Part shown: piece by piece, positions 12,904 through 23,930 of the stretch | Numbering within the stretch: position 1 is the first letter of the stretch | How the letters are laid out: each line of letters begins with the position of its first letter | Source of the DNA: Octopus bimaculoides | Lineage: Eukaryota | DNA length: 64,000 nt | Assembly: GCF_001194135.2 (NCBI RefSeq) | Contig: NC_068998.1 | Location: 18,774,037 to 18,838,036, forward strand | Direction: 5' to 3' | Program-made: the position numbers and the translations under genes | The notes under the pieces: model-generated | What the model saw: the letters and a program-made list of their open reading frames with translations, nothing else | Databases searched by the model: none | What the model was told of the DNA's origin: nothing

Positions 12904-13131
12904 TTAAACCTTTAGCATTCAGACTATTCTGACAAGTGTAATGCTTATTTATTCACATTAGTTTGAATTCATTATGCATTTTCACATAGCTTTGAGATTT
13001 CGATGATGTAATTGTTTATTTTTAAAATGGCATTCTAAGGTAGGTGTGAGAGGCAGGATCTCACCAGTTTCAGCACAAAACAGGTAGAATATTTGGGCCT
13101 GATATGGCAAGTTTAAATGCTAAAGAGTTAA
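12904..13131. mobile_element. TTAA-bounded MITE (piggyBac-like termini)
   Basis: TTAAACCTTTAGCATT...AATGCTAAAGAGTTAA. Partial copy at about 11580-11770 and an opposite-orientation copy at 8107-8482. Confidence 0.72.
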
Positions 13132-13181
13132 TGTTTCTTGACATGTACTAACTATATTGCTATTTTATTTCTATTTTACAG

Positions 13182-13257
13182 GTCAGCAGTGGATTTATAT
13201 GAAAAGTATCATGAAGAGAGTATAACTAAATTTGCAAATTCTAAGTTAAATAAATAA
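13182..13257 (+). CDS. NOC3L: NOC3L terminal coding exon
   Basis: Acceptor ctattttacAG. Phase 2 matches the previous exon. (L)SAVDLYEKYHEESITKFANSKLNK-stop resembles NOC3L SATELFEAY. TAA at 13255-13257. Confidence 0.8.
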
Positions 13258-13288
13258 TTTTGATACAAAAATGTTTGTATATTTTGAT

Positions 13289-13671
13289 GGAGGCGCAATG
13301 GCCCAGTGGTTAGGGCAGCGGACTTGCGGTCATAGGATTGCAGTTTCAATTCCCAGACTGGGCGTTGTTAGTGTTTATTGAGTGAAAACACCAAAAGCTC
13401 CACGAGGCTCCGGCAGGGGATGGTGGCGAACTCTGCTGTACTCTTTCACCACAACTTTCTCTCACTCTTACTTCCTGTTTCTGTTGTACCTGTATTTCAA
13501 AGGGCCAGCCTTGTCACACTCTGTGTCACGCTTGATCTCCCCGAGAACTACATTAAGGGTACACGTGTCTGTGGAGTGCTCAGCCACTTGCATGTTAATT
13601 TCACGAGCAGGCTGTTCCATTGATCGGATCAACTGGAACCCTCGACGTCGTAAGTGATGGAGTGCCAACAC
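13289..13671 (+). mobile_element. tRNA-derived SINE, family A, with 10-bp TSD
   Basis: Same body as 475-843; ATATTTTGAT at 13279-13288 and 13672-13681. Confidence 0.9.
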
Positions 13672-14058
13672 ATATTTTGATATTTCTTAAAAACCATCTT
13701 GACCAGTAGAGTAGTGGAACTGGGGACTGTGAGATAATATAACCTTTCTTGGAAACAGGTATGGGTTAGCAACAGGAAGGGAAACTGGTTTACAGAAAAT
13801 CTACTTCAACAAATCCCATCTGACATATGCACAGCATGGAAAAGTAGACATTAAATGATGATGATGGTTGTGTGTGTGTGTGTGTGTGTGTGTCTGAGCA
13901 AGAAGAGAGAGGCATATGTGGTTAGGTAGTTTGCTTTCCAACCATGTGGTTTCAGGTTCAGTCCCAGTGTGTGGCACCTGGATAAATATCTTCTACTATA
14001 GCTCCAGGCTAACCAAATGTTAGTGCGTGGATTTGGTAGACAGAAACTGAAAGGCCAT

Positions 14059-14282
14059 GAGCTGGCAGAAACGATAGCACGCCGGGCGAAATGCTTAGCG
14101 GTATTTCGTCTGCCGTTACGTTCTGGGTTCAAATTCCGCCGCGGTTGACTTTGCCTTTCATCCTTTCGGGGTCGATAAATTAAGTATCAGTTACGTACTG
14201 GGGTCGATGAATCGACTTAATACCTTTGTCTGTCCTTGTTTGTCCCCTCTGTGTGTAGCCCCTTATGGGCAGTAAAGAAATA
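14059..14282 (+). mobile_element. SINE family B inserted inside a family C SINE, with 17-bp TSD
   Basis: Body GAGCTGGCAGAAACGATAGCACGCCGGGCG...GTTCAAATTCC...GCCTTTCATCCTTTCGGGGTCGATAAA; AGAAACTGAAAGGCCAT at 14042-14058 and 14283-14299. Confidence 0.9.
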
Positions 14283-14303
14283 AGAAACTGAAAGGCCATC
14301 ATA

Positions 14304-14339
<36 letters not shown>

Positions 14340-15537
14340 CAAACTTTTAATCACTCATACAAGTAGGCTTACATTATCATCATAGTTCTTTATATATACC
14401 CTCTAAATTAGAAATTTACATATTTTTAAAGAGATTTACATATTTTTAAAGAGATTTACATATTTTCAAAGTCACTTTTAGCTTTCTATATCATCTCTAG
14501 TATCCCCTACTCTTACAGTTTTGTATTCCCCATGACTTTTTTTCTTTTATTTTGAGACCTTCAAGATTAATGCACGGCTTAGTGGTTAGGTTGTTGCATT
14601 CACAATCACAAGATTGTAGTTTCAATTTCTAAATTGGGCAGTGCATTATGTCCTTAAGCAAAACACTTCATTTCACATTGCTCCAGCCCACTCAGTTGTA
14701 AATAAGTATCCCTGCGACTGACTATCATCCTGTTCGAGGGGAATGTTGTGACCTTGGTCGCTTATACTGGGTAACCATCCCTGTGAGTCCTAGGGCTTGA
14801 ATCAATGATGTTCAGGTATTTATGATGAGGAGGATGAAGACTGATTGGAGAAAGATGCCCTAAAACCACAACTGCTGTGAATGCTTGCAAGAGAGTGGGA
14901 TCTTCCAAAGTCTCTTGGGAGCCAGGTGATGGTATTAAATTGATGATTAAGTCTACCACCCAAGTTGGCCACAGTGGGATTTGAACTCAGAATGCAAAGA
15001 GCTGAATAGATTGTGTAAAGTCTTGTGTTTGGTATGACTGAATCTAGCAATTCATCACCCTTAACTGGTACTTTATTGATCCTGGAAGGAGGGTACCTGT
15101 GGAAGAGTAAGCCCAGGGAGATATGGGCCAAAATGGTGAGAAAGAATCTTTGGACACTGGGCCACAGTGAAGAAATGCCAAGGGACCAGGAAATGTGATT
15201 TGCTGTACTTGTTAAGACGTGTCAAACTAAATAAAATTGCTGTCTTCCACATATACAGGCTTGTTCTTTCAGGTGCTGATGCCACTTAAAAAGCAGCCAA
15301 CACACTCTGTTAAGCGGTTAGCGTTAAGAAGGGCATCCAGCCGTAGAAACCATACACTTGGAGTCTGACCAGCTCCATGTCAAACAGTCCATCCCATGCC
15401 AGCATGGAAAGTGGACATTATGATGAAGGATGAAAAGTAAAGTTGATCTCAGCAGGAATTGAGTTCAGAATGCCAAGAACTGGAATAAATACTGCAAGGC
15501 AATTTGTTTGATACTGTACCAATACAATTCCATAGAT

Positions 15538-15767
15538 TGGTGGTTATCAACTGGGGTCCATATAAGATTTTGTTGACATTTATCTGCAATAAATTGGTTA
15601 TACTTCTACAATACACAAAATATTTTAATCATATTTATACAATTCTTAATAATATTTAATTATGAAAATATAATAGGATTTTTTAAACATTAAATGGCTG
15701 GTAGTGTCTATCCAAATAAAATAAGAATCAAAGAGGTCCATAGGTGAAAAATGGTTGAGAAATACTG
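15538..15767. mobile_element. hAT-like MITE remnant
   Basis: TGGTGGTTATCAACTGGGGTCC...GGTTGAGAAATACTG resemble CAGTG.TTCTCAAC termini. A matching right end lies at about 62530-62590. Confidence 0.55.
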
Positions 15768-17705
15768 TTAAAAATGATAATGTAGTAAATTTGAAAGGTA
15801 GTAGCATATTAGGAATGCTTTCATATATATAGCATGCTTTAGGCCCTCAACACTGATAGAATCATAAGGGTGTCATCTTGGGTATTTTTAGACCTAGTGG
15901 TCAATTTCTTTCAGAAAAACAAGCATACAGGAAAAAAAGTGAGAGGGAGAAAGAATTTTTGTAGATCCTCACTTCCCCAAGTAATTCTAACACCTTGAGA
16001 AAGAAGGGGAAACTCACTTTGGTAATTACTGTATCCCACCTTGGTTACCACTATTATACAAACACTTTTTGGTAGGAAGTAGCATTCAGTTTGGTAAGCA
16101 CTGTTATTCTAACACCTCTTGGGGGAAGGTACCACTCAATTTAGTAATCATCTCTTGGAAGGAGGTAATACTTATTTCCATAATCACTGCCATACCAACA
16201 CTAATTTGGAGGAGGCACTCACTTTGGTAACCATTGCTATACATTGCTTCTTAACTCTTTTTATTTAGTATCTGTTATCTTTTACTTGTTCCAGTCATTA
16301 GACTGCGGCCATGCTAGGGCACCACCTTGAATTTTTAATCGAATGAATCGACCGCAGTACTTCTTTTTTAAATTTGGTACTTATTCTATCAGTATCTTTT
16401 GCCAAACTGCTAAGTTATGGGGATGCAACCACACCAACACTGGTTGTCAGGTGGGGGTGCAAACACAGACAGAAAGACATATACGCTCATAGATATACCT
16501 ACATACATACATACATGTATATATATACAACAGGCTTCTTTCAGTTTCTGTCTGCCAAATTCATTCACTGGGTTTCGGTCGGATCGAGACTATAGAAGAA
16601 AGTTTCTTACCACACAACCACACTTTTGTAATTGTCATTGTTTTTGTTCTTATTGTTTCGGGTTAATTGTTTTATATATTTACAATCTTCTGCCAACATG
16701 GCAGGACTTTAGTATAATTTGTCCTCTTAAGATCTTGATCGGACCAAGGTGTGAGGGATAGCGTTGACTTGCATTTAAAAAAAAAAATTTTTCAAGTTTT
16801 TGGGGGGGTTTGTTTTACCCAGTGTCAACTCTATCCCTGGAGCTTCAACCATTCATAATTGATCTGATTGCACATGGTGAACTAAGAGTATACAAAAAGA
16901 TATGTTAGTGTCTAAAAATCTAAGGTTCATACAGCAGCTAGGCACCTGGGTTCCAAGTGGGTCCCCCTGATCAGTCTTTGTGAACATTGTAGGCTTGATG
17001 AGGCAGTAAATGGCTATTTGTACAGACAGACACTGAATTGAGTCTTGATCCATGTACAGTGACAAACCTTCTGGTTGTAGATATTATTATGACCATCACA
17101 ATACATAAAAGGAAACCAGATAAGCTTTGTCTGGACTCTTAGCATACATGTTTTGTGCTTCAGGGTAGGCAACTCCCCAGCGACTTTTGATATAGAGAGC
17201 CATGGGTCATTGAGTGCGGAGGCCTACCTTGCTGAGATTAGTCTTTGAATTGTAGTTCATTAATGCATATAAGTATATATTTATAAAATCAGTGAGTTAC
17301 TGGAGGTTGCACTGATTATAACCTGCTAATACTGTTTGTGTTGGGGCTTGTGAAAAGGAATTAACCAGGTTATTTGATTTGAATTTCTGAGAGGTGGAAT
17401 TATCAATATTATATACACTGATCCTCTATCATACTTTCATATCCCTCAGTATTACAATTGAGGGGTGTTGTCTTGAGAGTACTCTGTAACCTCACCAATG
17501 CTGACACCATGAGAAAAGCACCTGGCCACTGAAACAAATAAAAGAATATAAATATAGAGTTTCCAAGATTTATTTATGTTTAACAACTGAATGAATTTAA
17601 TAAAAGCATCTAAATATGAAATGTCGTGAAAATTGTTCAAACTGAAGTCCTTCTTGAGTGACACATTTTTCCATTTAAGTCAATACAGAATTACAGATAG
17701 TATTT

Positions 17706-17990
17706 ATCATCATCGTCATCGTTTAACGTCCGCTTTCCATGCTAGCGTGGGTTGGACGATTTGACTGAGGACTGGTGAAACCGGATGGCAACACCAGGCT
17801 CCAATCTAATTTGGCAGAGTTTCTACAGCTGGATGCCCTTCCTAACGCCAACCACTCAGAGAGTGTAGTGGGTGCTTTTACGTGTCACCCGCACGAAAAC
17901 GGCCACGCTCGAAATGGTGTCTTTTATGTGCCACCCGCACAAGAGCCAGTCCAGGGGCACTGGCAACGATCTCGCTCGATTTACTATCGA
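17706..17990 (-). mobile_element. Young RTE LINE 3' end
   Basis: Reverse complement of 22937-23150 almost base for base; the six-frame track gives the same spurious peptide. Confidence 0.88.
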
Positions 17991-20489
17991 GTGACATTTG
18001 GTCAACCCTGTATAGGTTGACTGCCCTAGGGATTGAAATCATGCCCACTAGCTAAACCACTACACTCAACACTTTATTCACTATCTCACAGTGATTATAA
18101 CAACCAAGAAGAGGACATTAGTCTAAATATATTTGTGTATATCCTGGTTATGTTTAAAGTTCTTCAACAGCTGTCACAATCATAATCCCGGATGATCAAA
18201 TAACCTTACTAGGTAGGGCAGGTAACTGTTATTGCCATATATAAAAGTACAAAATATTTGAACTTGGGCTTTCATAAGTCAAACACAACTTGTATTTTGA
18301 CCCAAATTCTTTATATGAAAATAGCTAAGTGCAAATATAATGGCATGTTTATTTAATAGCATATTTGTAGAAATGGTGGTGTAGGTTGTTTGTCATTCTA
18401 TATAGCAATAATCAACTTGCTTTATAAAATTATTACTAATAGGTTTCGCAATTGATTGATTTTATAATGTGAGTATTTGGTATTGACTAAAAGTGTTTGA
18501 AGGAACACTGTGTGTGTTGGGGTTAATTGAATTATTAAAGAGAAGGTTGCTAATAAAAAAAAAATACAGGAAAATGAATGGGTGAGAGAACAGTATCATG
18601 ACTAACTAACCTAGCAACTTGGCATCATTATGTTATGAATAGCAGTCACTTTACCTATAAGTTTTTACACAATAGGACTTGCATATTGACTAACATGCTT
18701 ATTCCTAATATGACTGACTGGCTAATATATCAATTTAGGACTAACCTGTTCATTTAATCTCTACAATTTGAATAATCAATGATCTAATAGCTTAGAAGTT
18801 TCATATTTTTCATCTTATCCAACATTTACAAAGCAACGAATTTGAGTACTTTACCAAGAAGTGGTGTGTAAAGAGTTAAGGTAGTTAACCTCTCGTTATC
18901 ACACTTAGAAGTAGAGACAGCAGTTGGTTATAATGAATGTCTGCTTTTTAGAAACATCATGAGGTCAAAGTATTGAATAACTAATTGTTATATTGTTTTT
19001 GAGTTCAATGTCTGATGGAACCATTGTTATTTTCTTAGACAAACCACAACACACACAAATAAAAGAGGAAAAAGATTAGCAACTATTTTGCTCAAGTTTA
19101 TGAACATGAAAATAACATGATTATGACAGCTAATGAACTTGAAAAGAGATATTAAATAAAAGCTGACGCAAATCTCTTACCAAAGAACACTGGAAAATCC
19201 TATACAATACTGAAATAAAATCAAAAAAGAAACTAGTTCACTGAGAAGGTTGTTGGACAGTTTGACAGGAGTTGATTAGCCAGAGGACTACACCAAGCTC
19301 CACTGTCTGCTTTGACATGTCTTCTACAGTTGGATTCTTTGTAGAGTGTACTAGATGCTTTTTACATGGCATGAGCACCAGCAAAGGTTTGCTTTGGCAT
19401 GATTTTTACAACTGGATGCTCTTCCTAATGCCAACCACTTTTACAGAGCGGACTGGGTGCTTTTTATGTGGCACCAGCACCAGCGAGGTCTGCTTCAGCA
19501 TAGTTTTTATGGTTGGTTGTCCTTCTAAATACAATCACTTTACAGAGTGAACTGGGTGCATTTTACTTGGCACCAGCACTGTTGAGGTCACCAAATAACT
19601 TGCAAGACAAAGATCCTTTGAGAGGTGGGTGATATTGAAGGAAGTGACTTTGTTCCAAGTGATGAGAGGTAAGAGTATGACAGAGGAACAGATACAGGTG
19701 TTTTGTTGTAGAGAAGATATATAGTTACCTCATTTAGAGGGAGAGGGAGAGTGAGAGAGATGGTGGCATATTCTCAAGGTACAAGGATGTGAATATAAAT
19801 GGAAAGGTAGAGGATTGTCCACAGTAGGGAGTCCATGTGAAAGCAAAAGGAGGGAACGGGAAATGCAGTGACTGGTGAAACTCAGGTATGCAAGTGGGGG
19901 ATAACAGGATAGGAATGATACAGTTGGCAGGGTGGGCAGGAGTGGGGGAGGGGATGAGATAAGCATAGTGCATGAAGAAGAGGAGATGTAGTTTGATTTA
20001 TTGGGGTAGGGTGTGTGAAAAATTGGGTGGAACATACAGCACTTCCAGAACTGTTATGCTGAGGTGGGCATGTCTTCTCAAGAGCCTCATATTGACAGAT
20101 ATCTTGGTCCCTTGTCATTTCATCCATGAGTCCAAATTGACCAAATGAATGTATACAGTTAGAAAGCTTGCACTGTTTTAGTTACAAAACCTTTCAGTAT
20201 TGCTCATATCATTAGAATCCATTCAGGCAAAAGTACATATAATTGTAAAAAAAAAAGAAAGAAAGAAGGAAAGAAAAAAATACACAAAAAAACTCATCTA
20301 ACGTTCCATATGACTCAGCTTATGTAAACAAAGTGAAGGAGAAATAGGCAACAAATTTTAATTTATGGCTTCACAAGTTTCTTTTTACTTGGTCAATATA
20401 ACAACAGACTCGCTCTGGTGCACTGATTTGGTTTTGACTCTGAATGCATACTTGTGACATATATTTTACAAAATATTTTAAGTACACTA

Positions 20490-20880
20490 TTTACATTAGT
20501 CAGACTGGTGTACTCATCTCGATTGTTGCTTTCATTACATTTCGGCTGTTGAACGCTCCAGCCTTCTTCAGGTGTCTTGTGACTCACCTTAATGCCTTGC
20601 CTGGGATTGGACTCAGAATCTCTAGGTGACTGTACTGCATTAACCAATGCTTTGTCATCCACAATGCTAAATTCACTCTGTCACTGCCAACAGGCATAGT
20701 GTAGTAGATAAAGGTGTTGGTTAATGCTGGGCAGTCTCCTAGAAGTTCTAAGTTCAGTCCCAGGTAAGGCACTAAAGTGAATCAGAAGACACCTGAAAAA
20801 GACTGGATTGGGCAATAGCTGAAATGTAGTGAAAACAACAATCAAGATGAGGACACCAGTCTGATTCATGTAAACATTGT
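20490..20880. mobile_element. ORF-less element made of two inverted PLE pLTR-like arms, each with a tRNA-like segment and a decayed hammerhead
   Basis: About 20490-20648 is the reverse complement of about 20715-20880. The minus arm reads GACAC-CTGAAGA-A-GGCTG..CAGCC-GAAATGTA. It shares the tail motif CAAGATGAGGAC with the 51.5-52.8 kb PLE. Confidence 0.7.
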
Positions 20881-21959
20881 ATATAATACAAATTCCTAAT
20901 CTCAGAAATAGAGAATTGAAGATTATTTTAAATTTAAAAAAATACTAATAAAAATTATTTTTTATAAAATTGAATCAGGAGATGAGCCAGATCCAAGCCA
21001 TGAGTTCCTCTGTGTTTGACACATCTGGTATATGCTGTATTTTGAGATATAACTTGGATAATGGGTTCAGATTGTTACCAAGCATTTCCATTTTACAGAT
21101 GTAAATTTACAATCATTCAAACGTCTGAAACACTTCCGGTCCCAACAAGCATTTTCAATAAAGGATTCTCAACTGTATTTATTTTATTGATCTTGCTTTC
21201 TCTCACAGCACAAAATCAACATACATTTCTATTTTATTTAATATCCAAGATACTGTGAATTAAGTGTCTGTGTTTGCCATGGATACATTGTACAGTAACT
21301 GGAGACACCTCTGTTCCTGTACGTTGGTTGTCAATCACCTTATCAGCTCAGTAAGATGTTTTACTTAATGATTTATTTTGTTTTTTAATGACAATAAATA
21401 TGAATTGTTATTGTTTTAACCCATGTCAGTCTTAATCAAGAACATCCTGTCTACAATCACCTCATCATTATTTTTTCAAGCATAATATATCTTGGACTAC
21501 ATTTCCTAAAGTGAGCATTTTTTTTTTCAATTTTCCACACAACAAGATTTGATATAAGGGAAATTTAGTCACTATTTCCAGCTGGCAGAGAGCAACCGAA
21601 TAATGATTTTCTTGTGTTGACAAACAGTATAGAAAAGACAGAAAAAGAAATGAAAATTATCTTGGAATGAAAAAGAGGAAAATTATTGAATAATATAATG
21701 AGGACATTAGTTTTACATACAAAATCTTTTATTTTCTATCTTTCACTTGTTTCAGTTACTGAATTGCAGCCCCTGCTGGAGCATCGCCTTGAATGGCTTA
21801 GCTGAACAAATTCACCCCAGTACTTAATTTTTAAGCTTGGTACTTATTCTATCAATCTCTTTTGTCAAACTGCTATGTTGCCGGGATGGAAAGAAATCAA
21901 CATTGGTTGTCAAGTGGAGGTGGGGGAAAAACACAAAGACACACACACACATATATACA

Positions 21960-23160
21960 CCTATACAACATCAAAGGCAGGTTAACTAGCAAGTTAGTTT
22001 TTGTTTGTGGCAGATGTTCAGGTGCAATAAAGACTGCAAACAAACAGGAAACAACTTCTATCTCATTCCAGGGTGAAAAACTAGAGGTAGTCGATAGCTT
22101 CCGCTATCTGGGCGACCAAGTTAGTAGTGGGGGTGGGTGCGCTGAAAGTGTAGCTGCTAGAATAAGAATAGCCTGGGCAAAGTTTAGAGAGCTCTTACCC
22201 CTGCTGGCGACAAAGGGACTCTCACTCAGAGTAAAAGGCAGACTGTATGACGCATGCGTACGAACAACCATGCTACATGGCAGTGAAACATGGGCTGTAA
22301 CTGCTGNNNNNNNNNNNNNNNNNNNNNNNNNNNNNNNNNNNNNNNNNNNNNNNNNNNNNNNNNNNNNNNNNNNNNNNNNNNNNNNNNNNNNNNNNNNNNN
22401 NNNNNNNNNNNNNNNNNNNNNNNNNNNNNNNNNNNNNNNNNNNNNNNNNNNNNNNNNNNNNNNNNNNNNNNNNNNNNNNNNNNNNNNNNNNNNNNNNNNN
22501 NNNNNNNNNNNNNNNNNNNNNNNNNNNNNNNNNNNNNNNNNNNNNNNNNNNNNNNNNNNNNNNNNNNNNNNNNNNNNNNNNNNNNNNNNNNNNNNNNNNN
22601 NNNNNNNNNNNNNNNNNNNNNNNNNNNNNNNNNNNNNNNNNNNNNNNNNNNNNNNNNNNNNNNNNNNNNNNNNNNNNNNNNNNNNNNNNNNNNNNNNNNN
22701 NNNNNNNNNNNNNNNNNNNNNNNNNNNNNNNNNNNNNNNNNNNNNNNNNNNNNNNNNNNNNNNNNNNNNNNNNNNNNNNNNNNNNNNNNNNNNNNNNNNN
22801 NNNNNNNNNNNNNNNNNNNNNNNNNNNNNNNNNNNNNNNNNNNNNNNNNNNNNNNNNNNNNNNNNNNNNNNNNNNNNNNNNNNNNNNNNNNNNNNNNNNN
22901 NNNNNNNNNNNNNNNNNNNNNNNNNNNNNNNNNNNNAAAGACACCATTTCGAGCGTGGCCGTTTTCGTGCGGGTGACACGTAAAAGCACCCACTACACTC
23001 TCTGAGTGGTTGGCGTTAGGAAGGGCATCCAGCTGTAGAAACTCTGCCAAATCAGACTGGAGCCTGGTGTTGCCATCCGGTTTCACCAGTCCTCAGTCAA
23101 ATCGTCCAACCCATGCTAGCATGGAAAGCGGACGTTAAACGATGATGATGATGATGATGA
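21960..23160 (+). mobile_element. RTE-clade LINE, 5'-truncated, spanning an N gap and nested in the microsatellite core of a SINE
   Basis: RT C-terminus GEKLEVVDSFRYLGD...RIRIAWAKFRELLPLL...KGRLYDACVRTTMLHGSETW. 3' UTR ends GGACGTTAAAC(GAT)n. Host SINE halves lie at about 21745-21955 and 23228-23400. Confidence 0.9.
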
Positions 23161-23215
23161 TATATATATATATATATATATATATGCATACATTATACAT
23201 ATATACATATACATG

Positions 23216-23247
<32 letters not shown>

Positions 23248-23584
23248 ATGGGCTTCTTTCAGTTTCCACCTACCAAATCCACTCACAAAGCTTTGATCAA
23301 CCAGAGATTGTAGTAGAAGACACTTGCTCAAGGTCATGCAGTAGGACTGAACCCAGAACTGTGTAGCTGGGAAGCAAACTTCTTACCATACAGCCAGACC
23401 AGCACCTAAATGAATAACACTTTCGTTGAAAGCAAAGTAATTAGTCTTGGTGAGCAATGTATTTATTGTTTAAGTGGTTCAATTTGTGCATAATGATAGT
23501 TGATACTCTGATCCCAATCCACTCTAATTTCTTTTAAATGCTAATTAAGACATAGTATTTGAGTCTGAGTTTCTCATTACTATT

Positions 23585-23930
23585 TGTTGTGCTTGAGAAG
23601 ACACATCAAGCTAAATAACATCTTGGTTGTTCTTGCATACAGGCATGTCCCCTGCATCCCTCTCCAGCTGAGTGTTCCTAATCTTGTGGGCTTGTGGGTG
23701 CTGGCACCATGTAAAAAGCACTTGTGCCTGTGCCACATAAATGTACCCATACAGGTGCCACATATGGCACCCAGTACACTCTGTAAAGTGGTTGGTGTTA
23801 GGAAGGGCATCCAGTCGTAGAAACCATGCCAAAACAGACATGGGGCCTGGGCAGTTCTTCAGCTGGCCAGCTCCTGTCAAACCGTCCAACCCATGCCAGC
23901 ATGGAAAATGGACGTTACATGATGTTGATG
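23585..23930 (+). mobile_element. Older RTE-related 3'-end repeat (representative copy)
   Basis: Motif cagtacactctgtaaagtggttggtgttaggaagggcatccag...ccaacccatgccagcatggaaaatggacgtta(a)atgatg. Related copies near 3190-3410, 5690-5800, 6990-7100, 9900-10050, 10200-10400, 12495-12600, 13750-13870, 15290-15425, 19240-19600 and 24630-24890. Confidence 0.7.

Noticed and set aside
16000-16250. Degenerate CACTCA(C/G)TTTGGTAA repeats
   Set aside because: A decayed minisatellite with no sign of function; too degenerate to define a unit.
20985-21360. Several short AG...GT-bounded open segments as exons
   Set aside because: Weak splice sites, no recognisable homology and no consistent phase chain.
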